From Amoebidium appalachense (taxonomy: Eukaryota > Protista > Ichthyosporea), in NCBI GenBank assembly GCA_963693365.1, contig CAVNZM010000001.1:17541840-17605839 (forward strand): 64,000 nt of DNA, given 5' to 3'. A model generated the notes under the pieces. That model was not told the DNA's origin. It saw nothing but the letters and a program-made list of their open reading frames with translations, and made no database searches. This document shows, in pieces, positions 1 through 12,250 of this stretch; position 1 is the stretch's first letter; each line of letters opens with the position of its first letter. The position numbers were made by a program, and so were the translations under genes.

Positions 1-1
1 C

Positions 2-570
2 TATGCTGCCCAGGTGAGCTTCATGCCATGCTCTCCAAAGATCCGTCAGTACGTCAATGTTTTCAACGCCGAATTCAACTACAACGTGGCACGTATTGTC
101 GGTAACATAGGCTACGAGTTCTGCACCATTCACGCAAACCACTGCACAGGCAAGAACCAGCAGTTCAAGTCCATGAAGGAGTGTCTTGCATATGTGGACG
201 CCACACCGTCGTTCAGCTGTGCCGATTCAGCCGTTAAAACGTTGGTGGCAACAGCATCGCCTGCCGCCGTTTGATTGCCAACTCGGCCAGATTTGACCCG
301 GACTATGCATGCCCCCTCGTGGGCAGGCAGAGCAGTGTGTGCGCCGACCACCTTTGCATCGGCCGTAAGCTTGCCTGCAAGAGCAAGCCCGGGGACATCA
401 ACTACAGCCCCATCAAGCCCACGCAGTGTGACTCCAAGTACCGCTTCCCCTGCTCCAAGATCAATGCGAAGGAGGGGGGCAAGCACCCCCTGTTTGCACA
501 ACATGACTGTGTCTGCAAGAGCGGGTATACCTTTAATGCCGACATGCAGACCTGCGAGAAGAAGAAGTAA
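2..570 (+). CDS. 3' part of a cysteine-rich, probably secreted protein; apparent 1-nt frameshift near 236-240; 5' end outside window
   Basis: Frame 2 reads YEFCTIHANHCTGKNQQFKSMKECLAYVDATPSFSCADSAVK. Frame 1 continues from 238: NVGGNSIACRRLIANSARFDPDYACPLVGRQSSVCADHLC...HDCVCKSGYTFNADMQTCEKKK, stop TAA 568-570. Both parts are GC3-rich. The C-terminus has an EGF-like CxCxxGY..C pattern. AT-richer UTR-like sequence follows. Confidence 0.65.
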
Positions 571-1027
571 TGCTGATAATCATGAGGCCTACGTACTGTA
601 GCCGTGTAGTAGGAGCATCCTTTAAATTTTCTCGGATTTTTTGGTTGTTTCAGTGCTTTCGGCCCCCACTGTTTAATATACTGCGTCGAGCCACTAGTAT
701 TGTCTGTGTTATCCTACTCCCTGACCTGAGATGATTGTAAATGCACCTAGTTACGGGCGCCACGGTAATAGCTTCTCAGTAAGCCTTAATGAATTTTGTG
801 TAAAATACATATTTTTGAATGTCTCGGTATGTTTCGAATAATGGTACCTCAGTAAAATAAATGGACGATGATCTGTGTACACAGTCTGTGCTCCGACAAA
901 ATTTAGCATGATCGCCGCACTGCTGCATTACATGGCGGGGATTAAAACACAAGCACAAAGGACAAAGATTACCGTAGCACCCCGAAAAACAAACTGGCTT
1001 GGCACACATCTGGATGCCAGACCATGC

Positions 1028-1058
<31 letters not shown>

Positions 1059-1729
1059 CCACCCCACCCCACCCCACCACCACCACTCGCACACACACAC
1101 ACACAAAAGGGGGTTCGATAGAGAAATCACGTGCACATGCATACAAGCAGATATTATACAACCTCTCTCCACACACATAGTCACATGGATTGCACACATA
1201 CCCCATCACACAAACACACACCCGCGCGCTCGCACATTAACACACGCACAGTGGTACGCCGACGACTCACCAATGTACATGTGTCCGTCGTTGCCCATGC
1301 ACAGTACCACACGTACACGTGCAACACTATTTAAGTAGCCATATTCGAGCATGTGCTATCGATATGTATGTCAGTGAACCGCTCAGAGTACAGTTCTTAA
1401 TATACCCAGGCCTAAGACTGTCCTCAACACTTGTTCTGTGCGCACATATGCACCGGAAGGCACAACACTAAGGGTTTTTGAATTTCCAATGGGGGGTGGG
1501 GGGGAGAGGAGGGGGAGAGTAGTAATTATCGACGTCCCCCCCGGTAGTACCCACCTTCCCCCCTCCCCTCCGGTACCCAATCCCTGGTTGTGGGTGGTTC
1601 CCCCCCCTACCCCCTCCCCCCCCCCCCCCCCCCCAGGCTCCCCAAGGTAGCCGCAGCGGTGGGTGGGTTCCCTCTCCCCCCGGGGGGGGGGAAGGGGGGC
1701 GGGACCCACCTGGGTGAGAGGGGTAGTGG

Positions 1730-1779
<50 letters not shown>

Positions 1780-1956
1780 ACCCCCCCACCCCCCACCCCT
1801 AGCCCCCGCGCAGCGTGATGATGGCCAGAGTCTCTTTTCACCCACCATGGCAAAAAGTTTTATTCATTACTTTATTCTTGGGGGGGGGAGGAATTGCTTC
1901 CGTTTTGGTCATTCAGACATGTCCCCCCCTCTCCCCCTCTCCCAAACACACAAACA

Positions 1957-2044
<88 letters not shown>

Positions 2045-2431
2045 GTGCGCACACACTTACCACCCCTTTGTGTTGGTGCTCTTTTTCTGCCGGATGCATA
2101 CTCTTTGTGTGTTCTTTGCAAGGCCTGCTTTGTTTTGTCAGCAGCAAATGTGTACTCTAGCACGCCGCCGCTGATATGGATCCATCATAGTATATGCCGC
2201 AATAACATTTTCTAACGACCCCCTCCCCCCCCCTCTCCCTTCTTGCTCATCTGCACAAGTACATGCACGTGCATATGCGCATTCACACATGCACGCATAC
2301 ACATCCACACACCACACACACACACACACACATGCGTGCGCGCAGACACACACACACACACACACCGTGACACACACACACACACACACACACAGACACA
2401 CACACAGACACACACACAGACACACACACAC

Positions 2432-2510
<79 letters not shown>

Positions 2511-3157
2511 ATGCAACGGTCAGCTATTTCTAAACCATGAAGTCAATGACTGGGGGTAAGTAATCGTGCTCGCTGTGGATGGTTCGTGTGCGGATCTGTA
2601 TGGCGCCATCATATATATGTGTGTGGTCTGGATGAGTGTATCTGCATGTTCATGCGTATGTCGGGTGCTCATCGCTGGTCAAAATTTGTGCACCTCGTGA
2701 CTGTGTGTGTTTGTACATGCGTCACGGGAGGCACCGTGTAAATTGAATAGCTGTAAACGTGTGTGTGTGTGTGCGCGTGCACGGTTAGGGGACTGGAGAC
2801 GAGTGGGAGGGCAGGGGGGCCGGGGGGGGACCGGGGGGGGGGGGTAGCTATAGGGGGGCGGGAAGCCTAGGCTGGGAGGGGAAAGGGGGGGGGGGGAGGG
2901 GTGGAGGGGCGAGTATGACCGTATGCGCATGATCATGATAGACTAAGTTTCAGGTGATCAAGGGCTCCTACTAGTTAGCCTCAATGTTTACGTTTTCGCA
3001 ACGTATCATTTGGGGGCGCTGCTAATTAAAGTACTACTATGATGATCAGGTTATCTGACATAGTCATGTGATGGCAGCGCTAGCCTGTAGGGTTGGTGCC
3101 CCTCCACCTTCCCCTCCCACTCCCCTGGTGCTAGCCGGAGAGGTGGCCATGGGTTAG

Positions 3158-3190
<33 letters not shown>

Positions 3191-3586
3191 TTCCTCCCTC
3201 CTTTCAAACGGGGTGGGAGGGGGGGGGGGGGGGGGGGCGGGGGGGAGGGGGGCCACCTGTCCAAAGGGGTGGGTGAATCCCAAGCCCCTCCAAAGTTACT
3301 ACTAACCCCCTCTCCGTTTCAAAATCAAGAATTCCGAACTGCATCACGATTTGTCTTCAGCGGGAAACACAAAACATAAATCGAAACATCCGCTGAGTGC
3401 TTCACGGGGCTAGTTTCTTCTATTCAGCCCAACTTTCATGTGCCTCCCCTCCCCCGCCCCCGATCCCCACCCCACTCCCCCTCCCCTTTTCCCATCTGCA
3501 GGGCATCCCCCCTCAACAAGTACACAGAAACCCAAGCCCCCACCCCCACCCATACCCTTTCACCCACCTACCTGAACACCACTCAC

Positions 3587-3693
3587 CCGAATCAGATGCC
3601 CTGCGGGATCGCTTTTCCGGGGCTACTTGGTCTAAGTGTGTGCCTCTGGGGAAAGAGATGTTGTGATCAAGGTAAAACTTAAGGAGTGGGCCA
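3587..3693 (-). pseudogene. Isolated exon-like paralogous copy of part of the terminal exon of the 7TM-RGS gene
   Basis: 3601-3670 aligns without gaps to 5299-5368 (53/70 nt by hand count). Peptide LDHNISFPRGTHLDQVAPEKRSRRASDS versus FARKISFPSNTSINQVAPAKRSRKSAES. Flanked on the minus strand by TTTTTTAG and GTGAGT. Confidence 0.55.
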
Positions 3694-4551
3694 CTAAAAA
3701 ATCAAGTTTTGACATGCAAATATTGAACGCATCAGCTTTAACTTATGATCTGATACTTCGTGCTATCGTTTCAGCTGCAGGTATGGATGGCAAAGTTTCA
3801 ATGCCAGATGAAACTAAACCAGAACTTGTGACGGAGACCATGTTTAAACTTCATGCTTCAACGGACGTTTGCAACGGCGAGGCGCACCCGTTTTGGCCAG
3901 AAATTCAGTGAAGGGGATGCTCGTGGGGAGGGGATGGGGTGCGCCGAGGGGGGAGGGGGGAGGAGGACGTGTTTTAACAACGTTTGTGCTTGCAAGCATG
4001 TGTTTTTGTTCGTGTGGGCATGTGTTTTGAGCATGTGTGTCCGTGTCCCTGTGTGTGTGTACATGTCCATGTGCAGGACCTGAATGGGGATATGCATGTG
4101 CCCTTGTTGCGGGTGGGCATAAGTCATAAGTCTCAACCATTGTTATTATTATTTATTACTTATGAACATAACAGCAAGCACGATCACAAAGTACAAGTGA
4201 TGGCTCGAGTATATACTCATCCTAACTATGTATATTAGTTATCATGATGTATTCGGCTCGTTGAAGCCCTATAATTGATAAAAGGAAATGCGGAATATTA
4301 CGAGATATTTCCAGAGACTCAACAGATGGTACGGTACGCTGCATTATTATAAGCTACGAATTATAGTCTTCAAGTACAGAGTTTTGATGTGTTGTTGTTG
4401 CATTTATGTTTCAGTTGAAAGGCAGTTACACTACTAAGGCTATATCGACAACATGCAAGCACAAACAAAGCACGTTCCTTTGCGCAGCTCGAAGCAGGCA
4501 TGGACTTGTTTGTGTGGTTATGGTTGGGACAGGTGAGTGGTGTGTGTTTGT

Positions 4552-4651
<100 letters not shown>

Positions 4652-4991
4652 TGTGCGTGTGCGTGTGCGTGTGCGTTTGTGTGTGTGCGCGCGCGCGCGT
4701 GTGTGCGCGGGCGTGCGCATGTGTGCGTGTGTGTCGTGTAATCTGGTAACGTATGTTACTCATTCGGCTGTATGCCCACCTAATCGGCCTGAATAAAGCA
4801 TGTAAGTGCATTTTACGCACATCCAAATTCAGCATGCTTTTAGGGCTACAAATGTTAGTGAAGCATGCATTCAGATCATCCCGAGCTATCTAGACTAATA
4901 AAAAGGCCGGTTTATATTTCCCCATATGAAGCGAAAAAGGAACGAATCAGTACATATCCATAAAATAAAAACTCATACAAGACACCGACCT

Positions 4992-5817
4992 CTACATGGT
5001 TGAAGAAGAGCGAGGCCTTTTTGCCATGTACCGTGGGAACACGTCAGTAGCCATCAGGTGCACGATGTGATGTTGTGCCTGGTCAAACAGGACAGGAAGA
5101 CTCTCCCACGCCCCCAGGGCCCATTCCAAAAGCACGGACGTATTTTCAACATTGTTGATTAACGAATCACTCGTTTTGATTGGTTGATCTAAAACCACAC
5201 TGGATTGTGTTTCGCCGCCATCGGACGCTTTGCTCGGTTCTGATTGGTTCATTCGGTCTCCCTGCCATGACCCCACCAGACTGACTGATTCGGCGGATTT
5301 GCGTGATCGCTTTGCCGGGGCTACCTGGTTAATGCTTGTGTTGCTAGGGAATGAGATCTTGCGAGCAAATATTGGGTCATTTTCCTGGGCAGCAGCGGCT
5401 GCGGCTGCAGCAATATAGAGCGATTGGAGCATTGATTTGTGGTGACGGAGTTCATGAAGGATTTGCTGAGCTTTCGGTGCCGGGAGATTGACCTGTAGGT
5501 GAGAGTTGCCGGTAAGTAGCTCGTTTTGGTATACATTTACCAAACACGTCAACCTCGCAACAAATACCCAAAGGCAGCATCCACAGTTTCGAGCATGCAG
5601 GCTGGGTGTTTTGTGTTATTGTTGACACATCCCCCCTCTCCCCCTCCCCCCCCCCCCCCCTATTTTTTTTTTTTTTTTTAAATTTTACGGGGTGTGTGTG
5701 TGGGGGGGGGGGGGGGGGAGGGAGGGGGGAGGAGGGGAGGAAGCGGAAGGGGAGGGGGAGGGGGGAGGGGGGGATTTAAGCATTGAATGTGTGTTTGCGT
5801 GCTTGTGTGTGTGGTGT

Positions 5818-5865
<48 letters not shown>

Positions 5866-6072
5866 GGGGGGTAGGGGGGAGGCTGGCAAAGAGAGGAGCA
5901 AAAAAGGCAATTGATAGGCCGAAGACTGACTGAGCAGAGGTGTGTGTGTGTGGGTGTGTGTGGGGTGGGGGGAGGAGAGCAAGGGGGGGAGGGGGGGGGG
6001 GGGGGGGGGAGGGGGTACCGGTGGTGATGGTGGGGGGGAAAGGGGAGGGGGGGGGGGGGCGGGGGGAGGGGG

Positions 6073-6113
<41 letters not shown>

Positions 6114-6707
6114 CACGTGCGGTGTGTGTATGTGTATGGGTGGGTGGGGGTGTGTGTGTGGGGGGGGGGGGGGGGGGGGGGGGGGGGAGGGGGGGGGGGA
6201 GGGGGATAATAAGACTCAAGGTTTGGGAAACTTGGAAGCAAAAATAATTTGAAGCCGCAATAACAAAACCTCAGACAGAAACCAAAACTGTTATGAAAAC
6301 AGAGGACACAAAAAGCACACCAGGGTAGTTCCTGGCCGCCAACATAAACGACGATTTTGACTTCCTCCTCTCCCGTGTGGTTCCTAATCCATCTGTTCCT
6401 CCTTTCGCGATATATTCAAAACCAAGGGAGATATATTTTTCATTAAAGTTTTATATTATTATATTATTGTTTTTTTTTTTTTTTTTTTTTTTTTTGGGGG
6501 GGGGGGGGTGGGGAGGGAAGGTTCTAGTACCTGGAAGCGGCCGCGTTCAGCAACATATGTTGAATAGAGCCTATTGGCTAGACCCACCATAGGACCTACT
6601 TGCTGTGCCAGTTCGGTCAGATTGTTGGATGTGTAGGTGCCTGGGGCAGGGGGTGGGGTGCTTTGGAGACGACGGCGATACCCCTCTACTGCCTCCCAGA
6701 ACTGGAG

Positions 6708-6784
<77 letters not shown>

Positions 6785-6845
6785 TGTGTACGCGCGCTTG
6801 CGCTTGCATGTTTGTACGTGTTTGGTTCGGCTCGTGCGGAAGTGA

Positions 6846-6881
<36 letters not shown>

Positions 6882-7801
6882 AATCGTGTCCTGGTTAGTG
6901 CACGTAGGCGCATGTGACAGCGAAAGAGGTGAGCGGAGGTGAGAAGAGAGCCAATGAGTACAGTAGGGTTTGGGGGCACCAGGTGGAGGGTGGATAGATG
7001 GGTGGATGATATGTGGCATGGCTAGAAGCGGGGTGGGCAAGGGGGGGGGCGGGGGGTTGGTCGTTTGGGGTGGTGGTGGTTGGGGGGGGGGGGGGGGGGG
7101 GGGGAGGGGGAGAGAGAGAGAGAGAGACAGGGGGGGGGGTGTGGGGGGGGGGGGGGGGGGGGGGGAGAGAGAGAGAGAGAGAGAGAGGGGGGTGTGGGGG
7201 GGGTGGGGGGGGGGGGGGGAAGGGGGAAGAGTACTGACGAAGAGGGCGTAAGGGATGCTACCAAACTTTTGAGTTGTTCACCGCCCAATGCGCATAAATT
7301 AATAACCAAGTACCGGTGGATGTGTTTGCGTGTGTGGATGGGTGTGTGATCTGATGAGAAAGAGAGGGGGAGAGGGGGGGGTGGGATGGGATGGGGTGGG
7401 GTGGGGGTGGGGGGGGGGGGGGGGGGGGGGGGGGGGAGGTTTTCTCGTATAGCAATTCTCCATTATTGTTGGACTTTTCGTTGAATATGGCACCAAAAAA
7501 GCACTGACAACATGCCTGGGGTCGAAAAATATGAGCCGCGGACGCAGCATAAACAGCAAAGATGTATTCAAATTCCACATCAAAGAATAAACAGTGAAGA
7601 TTTATTCGTGTCCCACACTAAAAACGCTATAATAAACAGCAAAGATGTATCCCTATCCAATATCACAAAGTGTAATGACAGAGGGGTAGCCTTGCCCAAA
7701 CACCTCGGTAAGGCGGGCCTGCAGCCTGCAGGAGGATGGGGGGGCGACTGGGGGGGGGGGGGGGGGGGGGGGGAAGGAGGGGGGGGGGGGGGAGGTGGTG
7801 T

Positions 7802-7832
<31 letters not shown>

Positions 7833-8839
7833 GGGGGGGGGTGCGGAGGAGGAGGGGGGGACAGAGCTGAAAAAGTAAGGCGGACTTACATTTTCGGAGG
7901 CAAACTCGCGGGCCATAAACGTGCGCATAGCCTCCCTCTTGTCTTTGTTCTCCAAATGCTCCATAAGGTCATCCTCATTGGCTGAGGTCGATATGCGCGC
8001 CCTTCGTGTGCGTTCTTTAATAGCAGACGTTAAAGGCCACCACACCAATATGGCAAAGGTGGTTGTGCAGGTAGCCAATGGCAGGAGGTCTACAAAGGCA
8101 GCCAGAGGTTCGAATTGGATAATTGTCAGGTCGCAGATCGATGGGATGAGCCAGAGCCACCAATAGACTGCAAGGATCTGTGTGGGTGCGTTTGGATCGG
8201 GTGAAGGGTGGGTGGGGGTGGGCGGTGGGGGTGTGGGGCTGGGCGGGTGTTGGGCTGGGGGGAAAGGGGGGGGGGGGAAGGAGGGGAGGAGGGGACAAAT
8301 GTGTGTATGTGTGTGTGTGTGTGTGTGTTGGGGGGGGGGGGGGGGGGGGGGGGGGAAGGGGGGGGGCTGAGGGGAAGGGAGTTGGGTTCGTTTCATTTTT
8401 TATTTTATTTTAAAAAATTTTTTTTTTTTTTTTGGGGGGGGGGGGGGGGGGGAGAACCGGCGGGAGAGGTAGAGGTGAGTGAAGTTGAATACTTATGTAT
8501 GTGGTTGTGCACGTGTGTGCGTCTGTCCCAAAAAAAAAAAGGGAGGGGTGAGAGCCTCAGAAGGGGGTTGACTGAGGGTGAAGGGGGGGGCGGAGGGAGG
8601 TCTGGTGGGGAGGAGGAGGAGGGGAGGGGGGTAGGGGGGGGGGGGGGGGAGAAAGAGGGAATGCTAAAACATACACTGGAGGTTACAAAGCAAACACGGA
8701 GCGAATCAAACAGAAAAGAAACGGCACGTGTATGCAGGACAACACCCAAGGAGAAACCCCAGGGTTTATTTTATTTTATTTTATTTTATTTTATTTTATT
8801 TTAATTTTTTGTTTTATTTTATTTTATTTTATTTTAAAT

Positions 8840-8870
<31 letters not shown>

Positions 8871-9765
8871 GGGTATGGAGCTGTTAGGCTGTTGGAATAA
8901 GAAGAGAGAAAATGAAATGGTCTGGTACCCAACTGTGATGGACAAAGGGCCTACGAAGTACAGTAGCTTTGAACACACTCAAAAAGGTGTTGTGATTGGG
9001 CTATGGGGGACGGAAGGTGGCTGGGTGGCGGGAGTAATCCACTAAGGGAAGGGCCGGAGGCCCAGGGGGCCGGGAGGGGGAAGGGGAGGGGGGGGGGGGG
9101 GGGGGGGGGGGAGAGGTTGGAGCAGGAGGATGGAGGGGGGGGGGGAGGGGATGAATGTATAAGGAGGTGGCAAGCATCAAAGCAACAGACACAAACATAA
9201 ATACACAAAATCAACCCAAGACTAATGGGCAAAAACGGAACGACTATGGGCTCTGCACCCATGCGCCGGAGGGGGGGGGGGGGGGGGGAGAAGAGACAGG
9301 GAGGGGCAGGGCGAGCAGAAGAGGGGGGGAGAGAGAGGCATCGGAATGTGGAATATTTGACGTGTTTGGTTTTGTCTTTGTGCGCCACGTAACCATCAGT
9401 GGTGCTTGTGAAATGCTTAGAGATCGATCGTGAATATGGCTGGTCTGAAGCAGGGACAGGAGAGTGGGGGTTTGAGGGTTGAAAGAATTTGATTCAAAGT
9501 GCCGAGCAAACATCACCATTTGAGGTGCGTGGAAAAGTCCGAGACATTCTCCAGAGTGCGCGGGGCGGGGGGGGGGGGGGGGGGGGGAGGGGGGAGGAAT
9601 TGTGGGTTATCCGAAAATTGATAAGCAAAAGAGTGTGCGCCCACAAAAGAAAGCTTTTGCTGGTTTTCTTCTTAGCTATAGATGGTTTTTTCTAATCCCC
9701 GATTTTCTTTCAAATATGCAAACACTCATGTAAATTACAACATTGCATTAACTCCGGCCTTGTTT

Positions 9766-9805
<40 letters not shown>

Positions 9806-9819
9806 TCCTTTTTTTTTTT

Positions 9820-9850
<31 letters not shown>

Positions 9851-10009
9851 GGGGATAACGTTTTCACTCAAAATTGGAAAACAAGATAAGTAAAACTTTG
9901 GACATTAAAAACAACCAAACCCAACCTTGCATCCAGAAGATACCAGGAAAAAGCACGATATCCGTTGGTTAGGTGTGTGTGTGTTTGTGTGGGTTTTTTT
10001 TTTTTTTTT

Positions 10010-10054
<45 letters not shown>

Positions 10055-10221
10055 GGGGGGGAGGGGGGGGGGGGGGAGGGAGGTACACGCTTGATGCAAA
10101 TAATATGAAATAGCAGGATAAGTTCGCACAAGTGAGGGAAATATGCATGTGCGCACAAAAATAAAACATGCAGAGGTGGAGAACGGGAAGAGAAGGTGTG
10201 CGTGTGTGTGCGCGCGTGTGT

Positions 10222-10276
<55 letters not shown>

Positions 10277-12250
10277 GGGGGGAGGGGGCCCGGGTACGGA
10301 GGGGGAGAGGAGGGGGAGGGGAGGGGGGCAACCTTCATCTGAAGAGTGATGCTGGTGGTGTCGGCAAAGGTTGACACCCGTGCAATCAACACCACAGACA
10401 GAGAGAGAACCACAGGGGTGAGGATAGACAACACAATGAGCCCCATTATGGTGCTCATATTGTAGGCTTTATCGTAGTATTTCGTGTAGGGCCACACGAG
10501 GGGCGGAATGTACATTCCTGTAGCGGCTATGATGAGAAGGGCGGCAAATAAGGTGCAGCCCTTTGTGGCTGCCATAAGAAGAAAGTCTGCTGTCTCATGC
10601 ATGTCCCAGTGGAAGGGGTTCCATGACCGTCTATAGGAGAGGGGGACCGGATGGGTGTGTGGGTGTGTGGGTAGGTGGGTGGAGTGGTTTTTTTTTTTTT
10701 GTGTGTGGGGGGGGGGGGGTGGGAAGGGGGAGAAGATATGTGAGGACCGTGCTACACCAAATGCTCAATTTGGACGTGTGCCATGTGGATTGCTTGTGTG
10801 TGAGTGTGTGGGGGAGGTTGGAGGAGGTGGGGAGGGGGAGGGGAGGGCGGAGGGATAGAAACCACACTCTGCCTGTGCATATAAAACTTTGGATCACATA
10901 TACTTAAGTGAACTCTCACAAGATCCGGCGACATGGTAAGACAGCGCATGTTCACATACCACCATGTTTTAGACGAAAAGTCAGCCGGGCGAGAATAGCA
11001 TTCATTCATCACATTGAGAACTCCAACTTTCGAAACAAACCCGAAATGAACGTGAGTGCATGATTGTGCTTTTGTTGTGTGTGAGGAAACGAGGTGGTTG
11101 GATGAATGCATGCAAGGCCACAAAACCAAGCTGGGAGAGGGAAAAAAAAAACAAAAACAAAAAAACAGCGAAAACCTTTCGTTGTTGAATGTGATCTTCG
11201 ACCTTCCTCTAGGCAAATGCGGAAGGGTCGGGTGGGGTGGGGTGGGTGGAGGGGGGATGCACAGGATATTCAGCAACACTTGTTCTCTGCACACCAACTG
11301 AAAACACATGCAAATATGTTCATTTAATGGAGGTAGTTACTGTGTGCACACACCAGAGCCAGTGCACACACACACATGATTGGGCTGCTAGTTTGACCGG
11401 AATGATATGCATTAAAAAATATGGCTCTATCACACTTACTACCCCACAGGTGCTATAGAAGGTGCGTACAACACACCATGATGCATCGTACTCGTTTTTG
11501 AAGGAAGTTATCCTAAGGAATAAAGCACTGAGCACAGAGTAACCCCTCCTACCCCCTCCCTCCCCCTCCCCCCACAAAAAAAAAAAAAAAAGAAAGAAAG
11601 AAAGAAAGAAGAAACCAACCTCTGGGTCCCTTCAAACAGGAAATCACAGTCGCTCATGTAGCACAGGTGACCAACCTCACCCTGCTTGCCACACACATAC
11701 CTTTTTGCAGTCACTTCCACTATGGCGTGCGCCTTCCCGCCCGCCACGGGTCCACAGTCCCAGTCAAACATGGCATCCCGACTCTCCCCCGTGCGAGTTG
11801 GTTGCATCTGCAGCTTACTACTTGCTTCCTCATCGCCTCCTATCCTGTTGTCCTCAGAAACACCGTGAACTATCTCAGCGGCCGTCTGATACTGAGGGTC
11901 ATCGTTTTCTCCTATGTTGAATTGGTTTGCTGGGTCGAGAGCAAAGTTCGTGCGGTAGTGGTTTTGGCACACCCAAAGTGCACGCGACATCATTCCAACA
12001 CCTACCCCAAGGGAAAAGATGCACCATCCTAAGTCTAACAACGCAAAGGCAAAGCTACCCCACGTGCATTCTAGTAGGCCGTTCCCCTTGTGATTACTAT
12101 AGCTGTATATGTTGTAGATCACGTCTTCGACGAGCCATAATAGTACGCATGTGGTAGTGAAGAAGACATTACGCGGCCACTGCTCAGAGATGGGAAAGTA
12201 TTTTCTGAGCCTAGAGTAGTAGATGAGTGCCAGTATGCATAGGACGAGCA
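4992..12250 (-). CDS. Multi-pass membrane protein with C-terminal RGS domain (7TM-RGS / AtRGS1 / GprK-like); 5' end unresolved (~12250-12520)
   Basis: Phase-compatible GT-AG exons: ~12250-11620, 10630-10333, 8177-7890, 6707-6531, 5492-4992 (stop TAG). Several hydrophobic helices are followed by RGS signatures MRTFMAREFASEN|LQFWEAVEGY, ANRLYSTYVAERGRFQ|VNLP and LFDQAQHHIVHLMATDVFPRY. Confidence 0.85.

Noticed and set aside
3036-3064. ATGATGA..CTGA with terminal stem ACTATG/CATAGT (box C/D-like)
   Set aside because: Only 29 nt with no room for a guide sequence; equally explained as a small bulged hairpin.
3636-4531. Plus-strand protein-like fragments (ORF 3636-3911 and an exon-like piece ending at GTGAGT ~4532)
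   Set aside because: Could not be joined in frame, contain nearby stops, and match no recognised family; possibly decayed sequence.
11443-11513. Extra minus-strand exon candidate in the 7TM-RGS gene (ITSFKNEYDASWCVVRTFYSTCG)
   Set aside because: Ends in phase 0 while the next firm exon needs phase 2; direct splicing 11620 to 10630 already keeps the frame.
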